Below, piece by piece: positions 18,788 through 27,120 of a DNA stretch of 64,000 nt. A program made the position numbers and the translations under genes. This DNA comes from Candidatus Omnitrophota bacterium (GTDB taxonomy: Bacteria; Omnitrophota; Gorgyraeia; 2-02-FULL-51-18): positions 14,464 to 78,463 of the forward strand of contig CAMDWQ010000002.1 of NCBI GenBank assembly GCA_945877765.1, read 5' to 3'. The first letter of the stretch is position 1; each line of letters begins with the position of its first letter. Below the pieces are notes generated by a model. That model was not told where the DNA came from and did no database searches. It was given only the letters and a program-made list of their open reading frames with translations.

Positions 18788-19669
18788 ATGACCGAGAGTC
18801 AATACCCCTGTATTTCTGTTGTGATTCCCTCATTTAACCAGGGTCGTTTTATTGAACAAACCCTTCTGTCTGTTTTGGGGCAACAGTACCCAAACCTCGA
18901 GGTGCTGGTAATGGATGCAGGCAGCACCGACGAAACTCATGAAATTCTGAGGAAGTATCAAGATAGAATTTTTTGGCAAGCTAAGCCCGATGGCGGACAG
19001 GCAGAAGCGATCAATGAAGGGATGCGTATCAGTCGGGGAGATATTCTTTGCTGGCTAAGCTCTGATGATTTTTATTTGCCTGGCACTCTTTTGGACATCG
19101 CTCGTCGTTTCCAGGGGCATCTGAAGGAGTCTTTTTTGGTGTACGGCTCTGCACTGACTCTTTATGAGGAAAATGGCGTCATTGACGGTGGTTGGAAAAA
19201 TGCCGATGCGCTGGATTGCGTTGCGCTGACTTATGAGTGTACGGTGATTCAGCCCAGCGTTTTTTGGACTCGTGAAGCGTGGCGGCGGGTAGGACCGATC
19301 AACACCAAGTACGACCACGTGATTGACTGGGAATGGTATATCCGCGCTTCCAAAATTGCGACTTTTTGTTCTGTTGCAAAATTTTATTCAGTATTCAGGC
19401 TCCATCCGTTGCAGAAATCGAAAAAGGACGGGTTGTGCCGACGCCGGGAAATACTCGAAGTCATCGATATTTACGCGCCAGACAATTGGAAAAAAAATTA
19501 TCATTTAATTTACAGCCGCTTCGAACGCGTTCAGCGGCTACTAGTTTTTTTTAAAAATAGAAAAAGCATCTCTCTTTATTTATTGTTTTGCCTATGTTTT
19601 CCGTGGGTTGCTTTTAAAATTAAATCACGGCGGGATGTAGGGATTATCCTGGGTATGTTGGAACAATAA
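18788..19669 (+). CDS. Glycosyltransferase family 2
   Basis: 'ISVVIPSFNQGRFIEQTLLSVLGQQYPNLEVLVMDAGSTDET' GT-A N-terminus and 'WLSSDDFY' DxD-like motif. Confidence 0.8.
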   Translation: MTESQYPCISVVIPSFNQGRFIEQTLLSVLGQQYPNLEVLVMDAGSTDETHEILRKYQDRIFWQAKPDGGQAEAINEGMRISRGDILCWLSSDDFYLPGTLLDIARRFQGHLKESFLVYGSALTLYEENGVIDGGWKNADALDCVALTYECTVIQPSVFWTREAWRRVGPINTKYDHVIDWEWYIRASKIATFCSVAKFYSVFRLHPLQKSKKDGLCRRREILEVIDIYAPDNWKKNYHLIYSRFERVQRLLVFFKNRKSISLYLLFCLCFPWVAFKIKSRRDVGIILGMLEQ

Positions 19670-19687
19670 CCTTCTTAAAGGAATTCT

Positions 19688-22243
19688 ATGGAAACTCTTC
19701 CGCTTATCTCCATGGTGACGCCCTCGCTGAATCAGGGCGAGTATTTGGAGCAAGCGATAGTCTCGGTCCTTTCCCAAGATTATCCTCGCATCGAATACAT
19801 AATCATCGATGGCGGCAGCACGGATGGCAGCCAAAAAATCATTGAGCGCTATCAAGAGCGTTTGAAATACTGGCGGAGTGCCCCGGATCGCGGACAGTCA
19901 CACGCTATCAATGAGGGATTTGCTCGCTCATTCGGAGAAATTTTGTGCTGGCTCAATTCGGACGACATTTTGATGCCAGGCGCTTTGCGTCGCGTGGCGG
20001 ATTATTTCACTGCCCAGACGAGCCCTGCTTGGCTTATCGGCGGTTGTGAGATTTTTGATGACGAAAAAAATAAAGTTTTCACACGTTTTGCCCACCCCGA
20101 CCTAAACCAAAAAACCTTGCTAGATTGGGATCGGTATTGTTTTGCGCAGCAATCTACTTTTTGGAATCGCTCGATGTGGGAAAAAGCAGGCCCCTTAAAC
20201 GAGTCTCTTCACTACGCGATGGATTTTGCGCTTTGGATTTCCATGATGAAGCAGGCACTGCCAATAAAATCGAATGATGTTTTTTCGCGGTATAGGCTTC
20301 ACTCTAGGGCCAAGGGAATCGCTGGGGCAGATTTATCTCGCAGGGAGCTGCTGAGCGTTATCCACGACAGCAGCACTCTCGTTGATGGGGGATCGGTATC
20401 GCAGCTGGATTCCAAGACCACCCGCTCACCGGATGTCAAAATTTACTGCTTAGCCGCATCCTGTTCAAGGCATAGTTGGGGCACGGGAATAATTTACAAC
20501 CACGCCGCTATTTTACGAAAAAATGGCTATCCTGCTTTTGTTCTGCATGAAGAGGAGCCATTTTCTTTGGAATGGCTTCACTGTGATGTTCCGGTAGTCT
20601 ATCTCAACCGCATGCAAACCTCGATCAGAAAACATGATTTATTGATTGTCCCTGAAGTGATGGCATCAGACCCTAAAATTCTTTCCATTCAATGCCGGAA
20701 AGTGGTGCATGTGCAGAATATTTTTTTTATGACGACGAATGCTCCTGATAACATTGATTTCTCGAAACTCGGATACGAGAGAGTGCTAATTGCGTCGGAG
20801 CGCATGCAAGACGCCATCGTCCGTTTTCACGGGATCCGAGGGGATATCATGCCGCCTTTTGTGGCACCCTATTTTTATCCTGCGACAACCCCCAAAAAAT
20901 CTCACGCTCGGCCCCGGCGGATCGTGATTTATCCCAAAAATGAATGCCTGGACTATCAAATCCTTTCACGGGTTTTACGCGAATATGTAGAGAATCATTG
21001 CACGGGATGGGAGATTGTCGAGCTGCGCGGAAAATCTCACACCGAGTGGGCCGACCTCTTAAGGGGATCTGCTTTTTTTGTGAGCGTGAACTGTTGTGAG
21101 GGTTTTAATGCCAGTGTTCCTGAGGCAATGGCGGCCGGCTGCATCCCGTTTTGTTATGACGCGTATGGCGGCCTGGATTATCTCAAAGATAACCACAATG
21201 CCTGCGCCTTTCCGAATAATCACATTTATCCGCTGCTGACGCGCTTAACCGATTGGATGGACCGCTATGACAAAATTCAACCACAGTTATTATCGATGCG
21301 GAAAAAAGCTTACAAAACAATGCTCGGCTATCGGATAGAAAAAACTGAGGCGGCGCTGTTGCTTTTGTTTAAAGATTTGATCCCAAAAAAAAGCGTGATT
21401 CCCGATAAAAATGAAAATGCGGAGCGCTACCAGGCGTTTATAAAAATTGCTAAAGACCGTTCCCGGGAGTACGCGACTGCAAAGCCATTTGCGCACACTG
21501 TGCTCGATAATTTTTTTCCAGAGCCGGTTCTCGAGCAAGTAATTAATGAATTTCCTTTGACTGAAGCGGCTCTGTGGCAGCGTTACCGCAACAGCCACGA
21601 GCAGAAGCTTGAGTGGTCTGCCAGCGCTCAGATGGGAGAGGTGACGGATCGGCTGCTAAAGGAGCTTTGCAGCGCCAACTTTCTATTGTTTCTAGAAAAA
21701 CTGACCGGCATTCGTGGGTTGATCCCCGATCTTAATCTTTCTGGGGCGGGGCTGCACCAGGTGGAGGCGGGTGGTTTTTTGGATATACATGTGGATTTTA
21801 ACCGACACAAAACCACCGGGTACGAACGGCGGCTGAATTTACTTTTGTATTTGAATAAAGATTGGAAAGAAGAATATGGCGGTCACCTAGAACTTTGGGA
21901 CAGCGCGCGGCAGAATTGCGTCAAAAAAATTACTCCCGTGTTTAACCGCTGTGTCATTTTTAGTACGTCGCGATTTTCTTGGCATGGTCACCCGCAGCCG
22001 CTCGCGTGCCCCCCAGACAGAACCCGCAAGTCACTCGCGCTTTATTATTACACGCGCACCCGAAATGATGGGGAATCACAGGGAGGCCACAACACCTTGT
22101 TTGGTCCGATGCCGGCACCTGTTAAGAAGAATGCTTTTTTGTGGGAGCTTCTTTGGATGATATTCTCGCCCAGACTCATGAATCAAGCCCAGCGTCTTAA
22201 GAGAAAGTGGTTGGGACCCAAAAGCCCTAAGGACGCATCGTAA
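19688..22243 (+). CDS. Multidomain glycosyltransferase: N-terminal GT2 + central GT1/GT4-like region + C-terminal 2OG-Fe(II) oxygenase (prolyl-hydroxylase-like) domain
   Basis: GT2 'ISMVTPSLNQGEYLEQAIVSVLSQDYPRIEYIIIDGGSTDGS'. Central 'EAMAAGCIPF' GT-B-like. C-terminal 'GGFLDIHVDFNRH...YGGHLELWD...RCVIFSTSRFSWHGHPQP...RKSLALYYY' carries HxD...H and a basic 2OG-binding residue. Confidence 0.7.
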   Translation: METLPLISMVTPSLNQGEYLEQAIVSVLSQDYPRIEYIIIDGGSTDGSQKIIERYQERLKYWRSAPDRGQSHAINEGFARSFGEILCWLNSDDILMPGALRRVADYFTAQTSPAWLIGGCEIFDDEKNKVFTRFAHPDLNQKTLLDWDRYCFAQQSTFWNRSMWEKAGPLNESLHYAMDFALWISMMKQALPIKSNDVFSRYRLHSRAKGIAGADLSRRELLSVIHDSSTLVDGGSVSQLDSKTTRSPDVKIYCLAASCSRHSWGTGIIYNHAAILRKNGYPAFVLHEEEPFSLEWLHCDVPVVYLNRMQTSIRKHDLLIVPEVMASDPKILSIQCRKVVHVQNIFFMTTNAPDNIDFSKLGYERVLIASERMQDAIVRFHGIRGDIMPPFVAPYFYPATTPKKSHARPRRIVIYPKNECLDYQILSRVLREYVENHCTGWEIVELRGKSHTEWADLLRGSAFFVSVNCCEGFNASVPEAMAAGCIPFCYDAYGGLDYLKDNHNACAFPNNHIYPLLTRLTDWMDRYDKIQPQLLSMRKKAYKTMLGYRIEKTEAALLLLFKDLIPKKSVIPDKNENAERYQAFIKIAKDRSREYATAKPFAHTVLDNFFPEPVLEQVINEFPLTEAALWQRYRNSHEQKLEWSASAQMGEVTDRLLKELCSANFLLFLEKLTGIRGLIPDLNLSGAGLHQVEAGGFLDIHVDFNRHKTTGYERRLNLLLYLNKDWKEEYGGHLELWDSARQNCVKKITPVFNRCVIFSTSRFSWHGHPQPLACPPDRTRKSLALYYYTRTRNDGESQGGHNTLFGPMPAPVKKNAFLWELLWMIFSPRLMNQAQRLKRKWLGPKSPKDAS

Positions 22244-24528
22244 TGGTTGATGTCATTATTCCTATTTTCAACGCCTACGAGGCGCTTGCGCGCTGTTTGG
22301 AGAGCATAAGGGCGACCAGCGCCGGAGAGGTCTCCTACCGCCTTATCCTGATTGATGACGCCAGTGAGGACCCAAGAATTTTTCCCTTTCTTGAAAAAAT
22401 GAAAGCGCCTGACGATCTGCTGTTGAAAAATGAAAACAATTTAGGTTTTGTCCAGACCGCAAACCGAGGAATGGCTGTTTCGCAGGAGCATGATGTTGTA
22501 TTGCTTAATTCGGACACCCTCGTAACAGAGGGTTGGTTAGCAGCACTCCAAAAAGCGGCTTACCAGCACCCCTCGATCGGCGGCGCTAACCCGCTGACGA
22601 ATTGCGCTTCTATTTTCTCTGTCCCCGAGCTGTCCGCATTTGCCCAGCCGACTTCATTACAAAAAATAAGCCGTTGGATAAAAAATAACCAGAAGGGATT
22701 AGCGCACGACATTCCATCAGCCGTCGGGTTTTGTTTTTATATTAAACGATGTGTTATTCGCGAGGTTGGGCTGTTTGATGAAATTTTTGGCAGGGGTTAT
22801 GGTGAAGAGAATGATTTTTGCATGAAAGCCAAGAAAAGGGGATATCGATTTGTTCTTACCAACGAAGCCTTCGTTTATCACGAAGGTCACGTTTCGATGA
22901 AGGCCGCGGGTGTTGTCCTAGAGGGACAAGAAGCTTTGCCAGCGCATCAGAACATTATTGATGAGCGTTATCCTGGATACTCAGACATGGTTCAACGTTA
23001 TGCGCACAGCGGCGTGATGCAGCAAATGCGCTCGGATGTTTTACAGGGCTTGGCTTCACAGCTGGGTTTGGGGCGAAAAAGAATTCTTTATTTTCTCCAT
23101 CACGCGGTGGACGGCTCTAGTGTCGGCGGAGCCGAATTTCATGTACGTGGTTTGGTGGAGCAGCTGAAACAAGAATATGTCTGTTATGTTGCGCGCATCG
23201 AGAACAATGTATTTTACATTGATGAGTATGTGGACGAGCTGCATCTTTCCTATGCTTACCCGCTAAGCCAACGACTGCCCTACCTGGCTTTGAGGCATCC
23301 GGCCGCGTTTCAGGCGGCTTGTGAAGTTTTGACGGCGTTCGCGATTGATCTTGTGCACATGCATTTGACGATGAACAATAATCTTGAAATTGTGCATGCC
23401 GCAAAGACTCTTGGCATCCCAGTTTTTTTATCTTTGCATGATTACTATTGTGCCAGTCCTGATTTTAATCTCTCCTACAAATTTCACGACCTGACTTGGA
23501 ATGAAAACCGAAATCCACCGCGTGGTTTTTTTTATGGTCTCTATGGCGCAAGAAATTTTAATGAAATTGCATGGCGCCAAGAGATGGCTGCTGCCTTTAG
23601 GCGGATAGATGAAGTTTTGGTCCCTAGCCATGACACGCTAAATCGTGTAAAAAAATATTTTAAGCGAACCACGAGAATTCGCGTGATTGAGCACGGTGTT
23701 CTTGACTATGAAACCAATTTGCTTTCCTTGCAAGCAGCAAGCCGGGATTCAAAAAAGTTTTCTATTTGTTTTTTGGGGTACACGCACGCCCCTCATAAGG
23801 GAGCCCAAGTGCTGCCCAAGATCATCCCAAAACTTCTGGCGCAAGGCATTGAAGTGCATCTTTTAGGTACTGACGCTGTTCATTGGAAGCGATATCCCTG
23901 GGCGCGGGAAATCCATATCCATGGCTCTTATCAACGCTCTCAAGTGATTCAAAAAATACGGACCATCAACCCATCCCTTGTCGCAATCACTTCCATCTGC
24001 CCCGAAACTTTTTCATACACCCTTAATGAGGCCTGGGCTGCTGGCGTGCCTGTGGTGGTGCCGCCTATCGGGGCTCCGGCAGAGCGAGTACAAAGGGCGG
24101 GTGGCGGGGTTGTACTGAGTGATTTCAAGCCAGAAACTTTTATCAGAGAAGTAATGGGAATGGTAAACAACAAGGCAGAATACAGCCAGCTTCAAAAGGC
24201 TGCGGAGAACATGCGCTTGAAGACAGCTGATGAAAATACTCAAGACTATCGGTATTTGTATGAGTCGTATTTTGCCAGGCACACGCAGGCGAGGCGCAGC
24301 AATTATTCCCCCGTAAACCAATTTAAACTTCAAGGGCAAAAAAAATATTGGGGTCTAAGCGCTCCTTTTGAGGGGCCCAGGTTTTTGTTTGCCATGAGCT
24401 TGTTGCATGATTTTAAGTGGATGCTTGTGCCGTTTGTTCGCCGCTCAACAGCTTGGTTCCTGGCTCTTTTTTCAAAGTCTCAAAATACGGAAATTGAGAT
24501 TTTGGACGGCGACCTGTCCGAAGAGTAA
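22243..24528 (+). CDS. Bifunctional glycosyltransferase (N-terminal GT2 + C-terminal GT1/GT4-like)
   Basis: 'VIIPIFNAYEALARCLESI...LIDDAS' GT-A N-terminus. C-terminal 'LNEAWAAGVPVVVPPIGAPAERV' GT-B EX7E-like region. 761 aa. Confidence 0.7.
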   Translation: MVDVIIPIFNAYEALARCLESIRATSAGEVSYRLILIDDASEDPRIFPFLEKMKAPDDLLLKNENNLGFVQTANRGMAVSQEHDVVLLNSDTLVTEGWLAALQKAAYQHPSIGGANPLTNCASIFSVPELSAFAQPTSLQKISRWIKNNQKGLAHDIPSAVGFCFYIKRCVIREVGLFDEIFGRGYGEENDFCMKAKKRGYRFVLTNEAFVYHEGHVSMKAAGVVLEGQEALPAHQNIIDERYPGYSDMVQRYAHSGVMQQMRSDVLQGLASQLGLGRKRILYFLHHAVDGSSVGGAEFHVRGLVEQLKQEYVCYVARIENNVFYIDEYVDELHLSYAYPLSQRLPYLALRHPAAFQAACEVLTAFAIDLVHMHLTMNNNLEIVHAAKTLGIPVFLSLHDYYCASPDFNLSYKFHDLTWNENRNPPRGFFYGLYGARNFNEIAWRQEMAAAFRRIDEVLVPSHDTLNRVKKYFKRTTRIRVIEHGVLDYETNLLSLQAASRDSKKFSICFLGYTHAPHKGAQVLPKIIPKLLAQGIEVHLLGTDAVHWKRYPWAREIHIHGSYQRSQVIQKIRTINPSLVAITSICPETFSYTLNEAWAAGVPVVVPPIGAPAERVQRAGGGVVLSDFKPETFIREVMGMVNNKAEYSQLQKAAENMRLKTADENTQDYRYLYESYFARHTQARRSNYSPVNQFKLQGQKKYWGLSAPFEGPRFLFAMSLLHDFKWMLVPFVRRSTAWFLALFSKSQNTEIEILDGDLSEE

Positions 24529-24593
24529 ATTTTATAAAGCATTGACACTATTTTTTAAATAACACAAAATGTGAGTTCACAAAGTGAGGGAAT

Positions 24594-25484
24594 ATGGCAG
24601 AATTAAAAACAAATTGGAAAAATCTTGTCAAGATGGCAGTGCAGGGGAAACCTGCGAATCCTTTGCGTTTCGGAGAATTTGAAATGGATTGGAAGGGGCA
24701 AGGACACTCGCTGCCGAGTGTTGGGGGGATTACTTACAACGTAAAGGTGGGCGACAGCGCATTTCATTGGCGGGGTGATCATATCGAGCCGGGTGTGTCG
24801 ATGGTGTTGGATGAAGAAAAAAGATCCAGCAAGCAAAATATGGCACTGCAGTTTTTGGCGTGTGTTGGCAATGAGGCGGTGGTTGTCTCGGGTGCCGCCA
24901 AAGGCGCTAGGGGCGTAGTGGTTGGGCATCATGGCGGCGTGGAGCACATGATCGTCGATTTTGACGATAAAACTCTCAACAAACTGACGTATGATGACAA
25001 AATTTTGATTAAGGCTTTCGGGCAAGGCCTCAAGCTTCTGGACGTGCCGGAGGTTTTTGTATACAACCTAGATCCCGGAGTTTTAAAGCCTTGGGGAGTT
25101 AGGATTTCTGGGGGCAAGCTGGAAGTGCCTGTGACAATGACGGTGCCGTCCTCGCTCATGGGCTCAGGGCTTGGGCACGGCGACCCTGCGACCGGAGACT
25201 ACGACATCACCACACAGGATGCCAAAGCGGTAAAACGCTATGGGTTGGATCAGCTGCGTTTTGGAGATTTTGTGGCCATCATGGATGCGGATAATACATT
25301 TGGGCGGCATTATTTTGAGGGAGCTGTTACGATTGGGGTTGTTGCGCACTCGGATAGCTTTCTTTCAGGTCATGGGCCGGGAATTTCAACGCTATTTTCA
25401 TCGAGAACGCCTGCGATTCGTCCTAAGATTTCATATAATGCTAATCTTGCCAATGTGTTAAAAATCGGAAGATATAGGAAATAA
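24594..25484 (+). CDS. Conserved hypothetical protein
   Basis: 296-aa ORF with RBS 'GAGGGAATATG'. No confidently recognised family. Confidence 0.5.
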   Translation: MAELKTNWKNLVKMAVQGKPANPLRFGEFEMDWKGQGHSLPSVGGITYNVKVGDSAFHWRGDHIEPGVSMVLDEEKRSSKQNMALQFLACVGNEAVVVSGAAKGARGVVVGHHGGVEHMIVDFDDKTLNKLTYDDKILIKAFGQGLKLLDVPEVFVYNLDPGVLKPWGVRISGGKLEVPVTMTVPSSLMGSGLGHGDPATGDYDITTQDAKAVKRYGLDQLRFGDFVAIMDADNTFGRHYFEGAVTIGVVAHSDSFLSGHGPGISTLFSSRTPAIRPKISYNANLANVLKIGRYRK

Positions 25485-25493
25485 GTGCTTGGC

Positions 25494-25650
25494 GAGGGGC
25501 TAATTATCTTCTTTTAGCCAACGTTAAATTTGCCCCTCCGAGGCAAATTTAACTCGATAGATAAGAGCTCGCTCGTCCCCATCTACTACGATGGGGACAC
25601 CATGGCCGCTCGCCTTATCTACGCGTCTAAAAGAAGATAATTAGCCCCTC
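25494..25650. repeat. 157-nt structured element bounded by a perfect 24-bp inverted repeat with nested hairpins (intergenic, hypothetical protein -> tgt)
   Basis: Arms 25494-25517 'gaggggctaattatcttcttttag' and 25627-25650, exact reverse complements. Inner 12-bp hairpin (gttaaatttgcc/ggcaaatttaac) and 9-bp hairpin (gtccccatc/gatggggac), flanked by gataag/cttatc. Confidence 0.55.
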
Positions 25651-25671
25651 ACCGAACACTGGAACCAAAAA

Positions 25672-26817
25672 ATGCAGAAAATTTTTGAAATTCAACATAA
25701 GGATCCTCAAAGCAAAGCCCGGACGGGTGTGTTGAAAACTGCCCATGGGGAAATAAAGACGCCCGTCTTTATGCCGGTGGGGACGCAGGCGACGGTTAAG
25801 ACGATTTCCAATGATGAGCTTCTGGGGACTGGCGCGCAGGTTATTTTGTCCAATAGCTATCATTTGTATTTGCGGCCAGGCGAAGCGGTGATGAAAGAGG
25901 CGGGCGGGTTGCACCGCTTTATGAATTGGCAGAAACCAATTCTTACGGATTCGGGAGGTTTTCAGATTTTTAGCCTGGCTAGATTAAACAAAATTACCGC
26001 CGAGGGCGTGCATTTCCAATCTCACATCGATGGCTCTAAACATTTTTTATCTCCGGAAGATGTCATTCGCGTTGAGCATACGTTGGGCAGTGATATTATT
26101 ATGCCTTTGGATGAGTGTGTGAAGTATCCCAGCGAACATGATTATGTAAAAAAATCTCTTAAAATTACCCATGACTGGGCACGGCGGAGTAAGGTGGCGT
26201 GGGAGGCGGCTGGTTGTAGAAATGATTATGGTTTGAGCAGTATTCTTTTTGGGATTGTACAGGGTGGCGTCTATCATGATCTGCGGGAAGAATCAGCCAA
26301 GGCGTTGGTGGATATTGATTTTCCGGGATATTCGATCGGGGGTTTGAGTGTGGGCGAGCCTAGCCAGGCGATGTATGAGACGTTGGCGGCTACATTGCCG
26401 CATTTACCTGAAGATAAGCCGCATTATTTAATGGGAGTGGGATTTCCTCTGGATCTTTTTGAAGCGGTGTCGCAGGGCGTAGATATGTTTGATTGTGTGG
26501 TTCCCACGCGAAACGGACGCAATGCCACGGTATTTACTCGATATGGAAAGCTTTTGCTTCGCGGCGCTTCCTATATCCGTGATTTTGGACCTATCGAGGA
26601 AGGCTGTGCTTGCTACACCTGCAAAAATCATACCCGCGCATACTTGCGCCACCTTTTCAATGCGGACGAATATTTGGCGGGTCGATTAGCTTCTTTACAT
26701 AATCTAACATTTTTTATACAATTGCTGGCATCAATGAGGCGGGCGATTGAGGAAGATAGGTTCGTAGCGTTTCGCCGCGAGTTTGAAAGTGATTACAACC
26801 GCATAAAGGAGTCCTAA
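25672..26817 (+). CDS. tgt: Queuine tRNA-ribosyltransferase Tgt
   Basis: 'FMPVGTQATVK...LGFPLDLFEAV...CxCxxC' zinc motif 'CACYTCKNHTRAYLRHL'. Confidence 0.93.
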   Translation: MQKIFEIQHKDPQSKARTGVLKTAHGEIKTPVFMPVGTQATVKTISNDELLGTGAQVILSNSYHLYLRPGEAVMKEAGGLHRFMNWQKPILTDSGGFQIFSLARLNKITAEGVHFQSHIDGSKHFLSPEDVIRVEHTLGSDIIMPLDECVKYPSEHDYVKKSLKITHDWARRSKVAWEAAGCRNDYGLSSILFGIVQGGVYHDLREESAKALVDIDFPGYSIGGLSVGEPSQAMYETLAATLPHLPEDKPHYLMGVGFPLDLFEAVSQGVDMFDCVVPTRNGRNATVFTRYGKLLLRGASYIRDFGPIEEGCACYTCKNHTRAYLRHLFNADEYLAGRLASLHNLTFFIQLLASMRRAIEEDRFVAFRREFESDYNRIKES

Positions 26818-27104
26818 TGCAAGGTCAGCCCCCATTTTTTCTTCAGCCGCAATTTGTCATGATGCTTTTTTTTATCGGAATGATGTATTTCATTATTCTT
26901 CGTCCGCAAATCAAGGCCAAAAAAGACCACCAAAATCTTCTGGCAAAGCTTGATAAAAATGATGAAATCATTACCTCCGGCGGAGTGCATGCAACCGTGA
27001 TCTCTGTGGGAGACAAGACCGTCATTTTGCGAATCGCTGACAATGTGAAAATTGAAATCGAGAAAAGCTCGATTACACAAGTCACCAAATCCAGGCAGTC
27101 CTAA
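26817..27104 (+). CDS. yajC: Preprotein translocase subunit YajC
   Basis: 'MMLFFIGMMYFIILRPQIKAKKDHQ...GDEIITSGGVHATVISV'. TAATG overlap with tgt. The true start may be the internal Met. Confidence 0.82.
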   Translation: MQGQPPFFLQPQFVMMLFFIGMMYFIILRPQIKAKKDHQNLLAKLDKNDEIITSGGVHATVISVGDKTVILRIADNVKIEIEKSSITQVTKSRQS

Positions 27105-27120
27105 ACCAAAAGAAAGCGTT

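Noticed and set aside
25494-25650. preQ1 riboswitch, tRNA-like element or integron attC site upstream of tgt
   Set aside because: No preQ1-I/II consensus (no A-rich tail/pseudoknot motif). No tRNA cloverleaf with conserved T-loop or anticodon arm. attC sites have imperfect IRs with extrahelical bases and need a nearby intI; none of these is seen.
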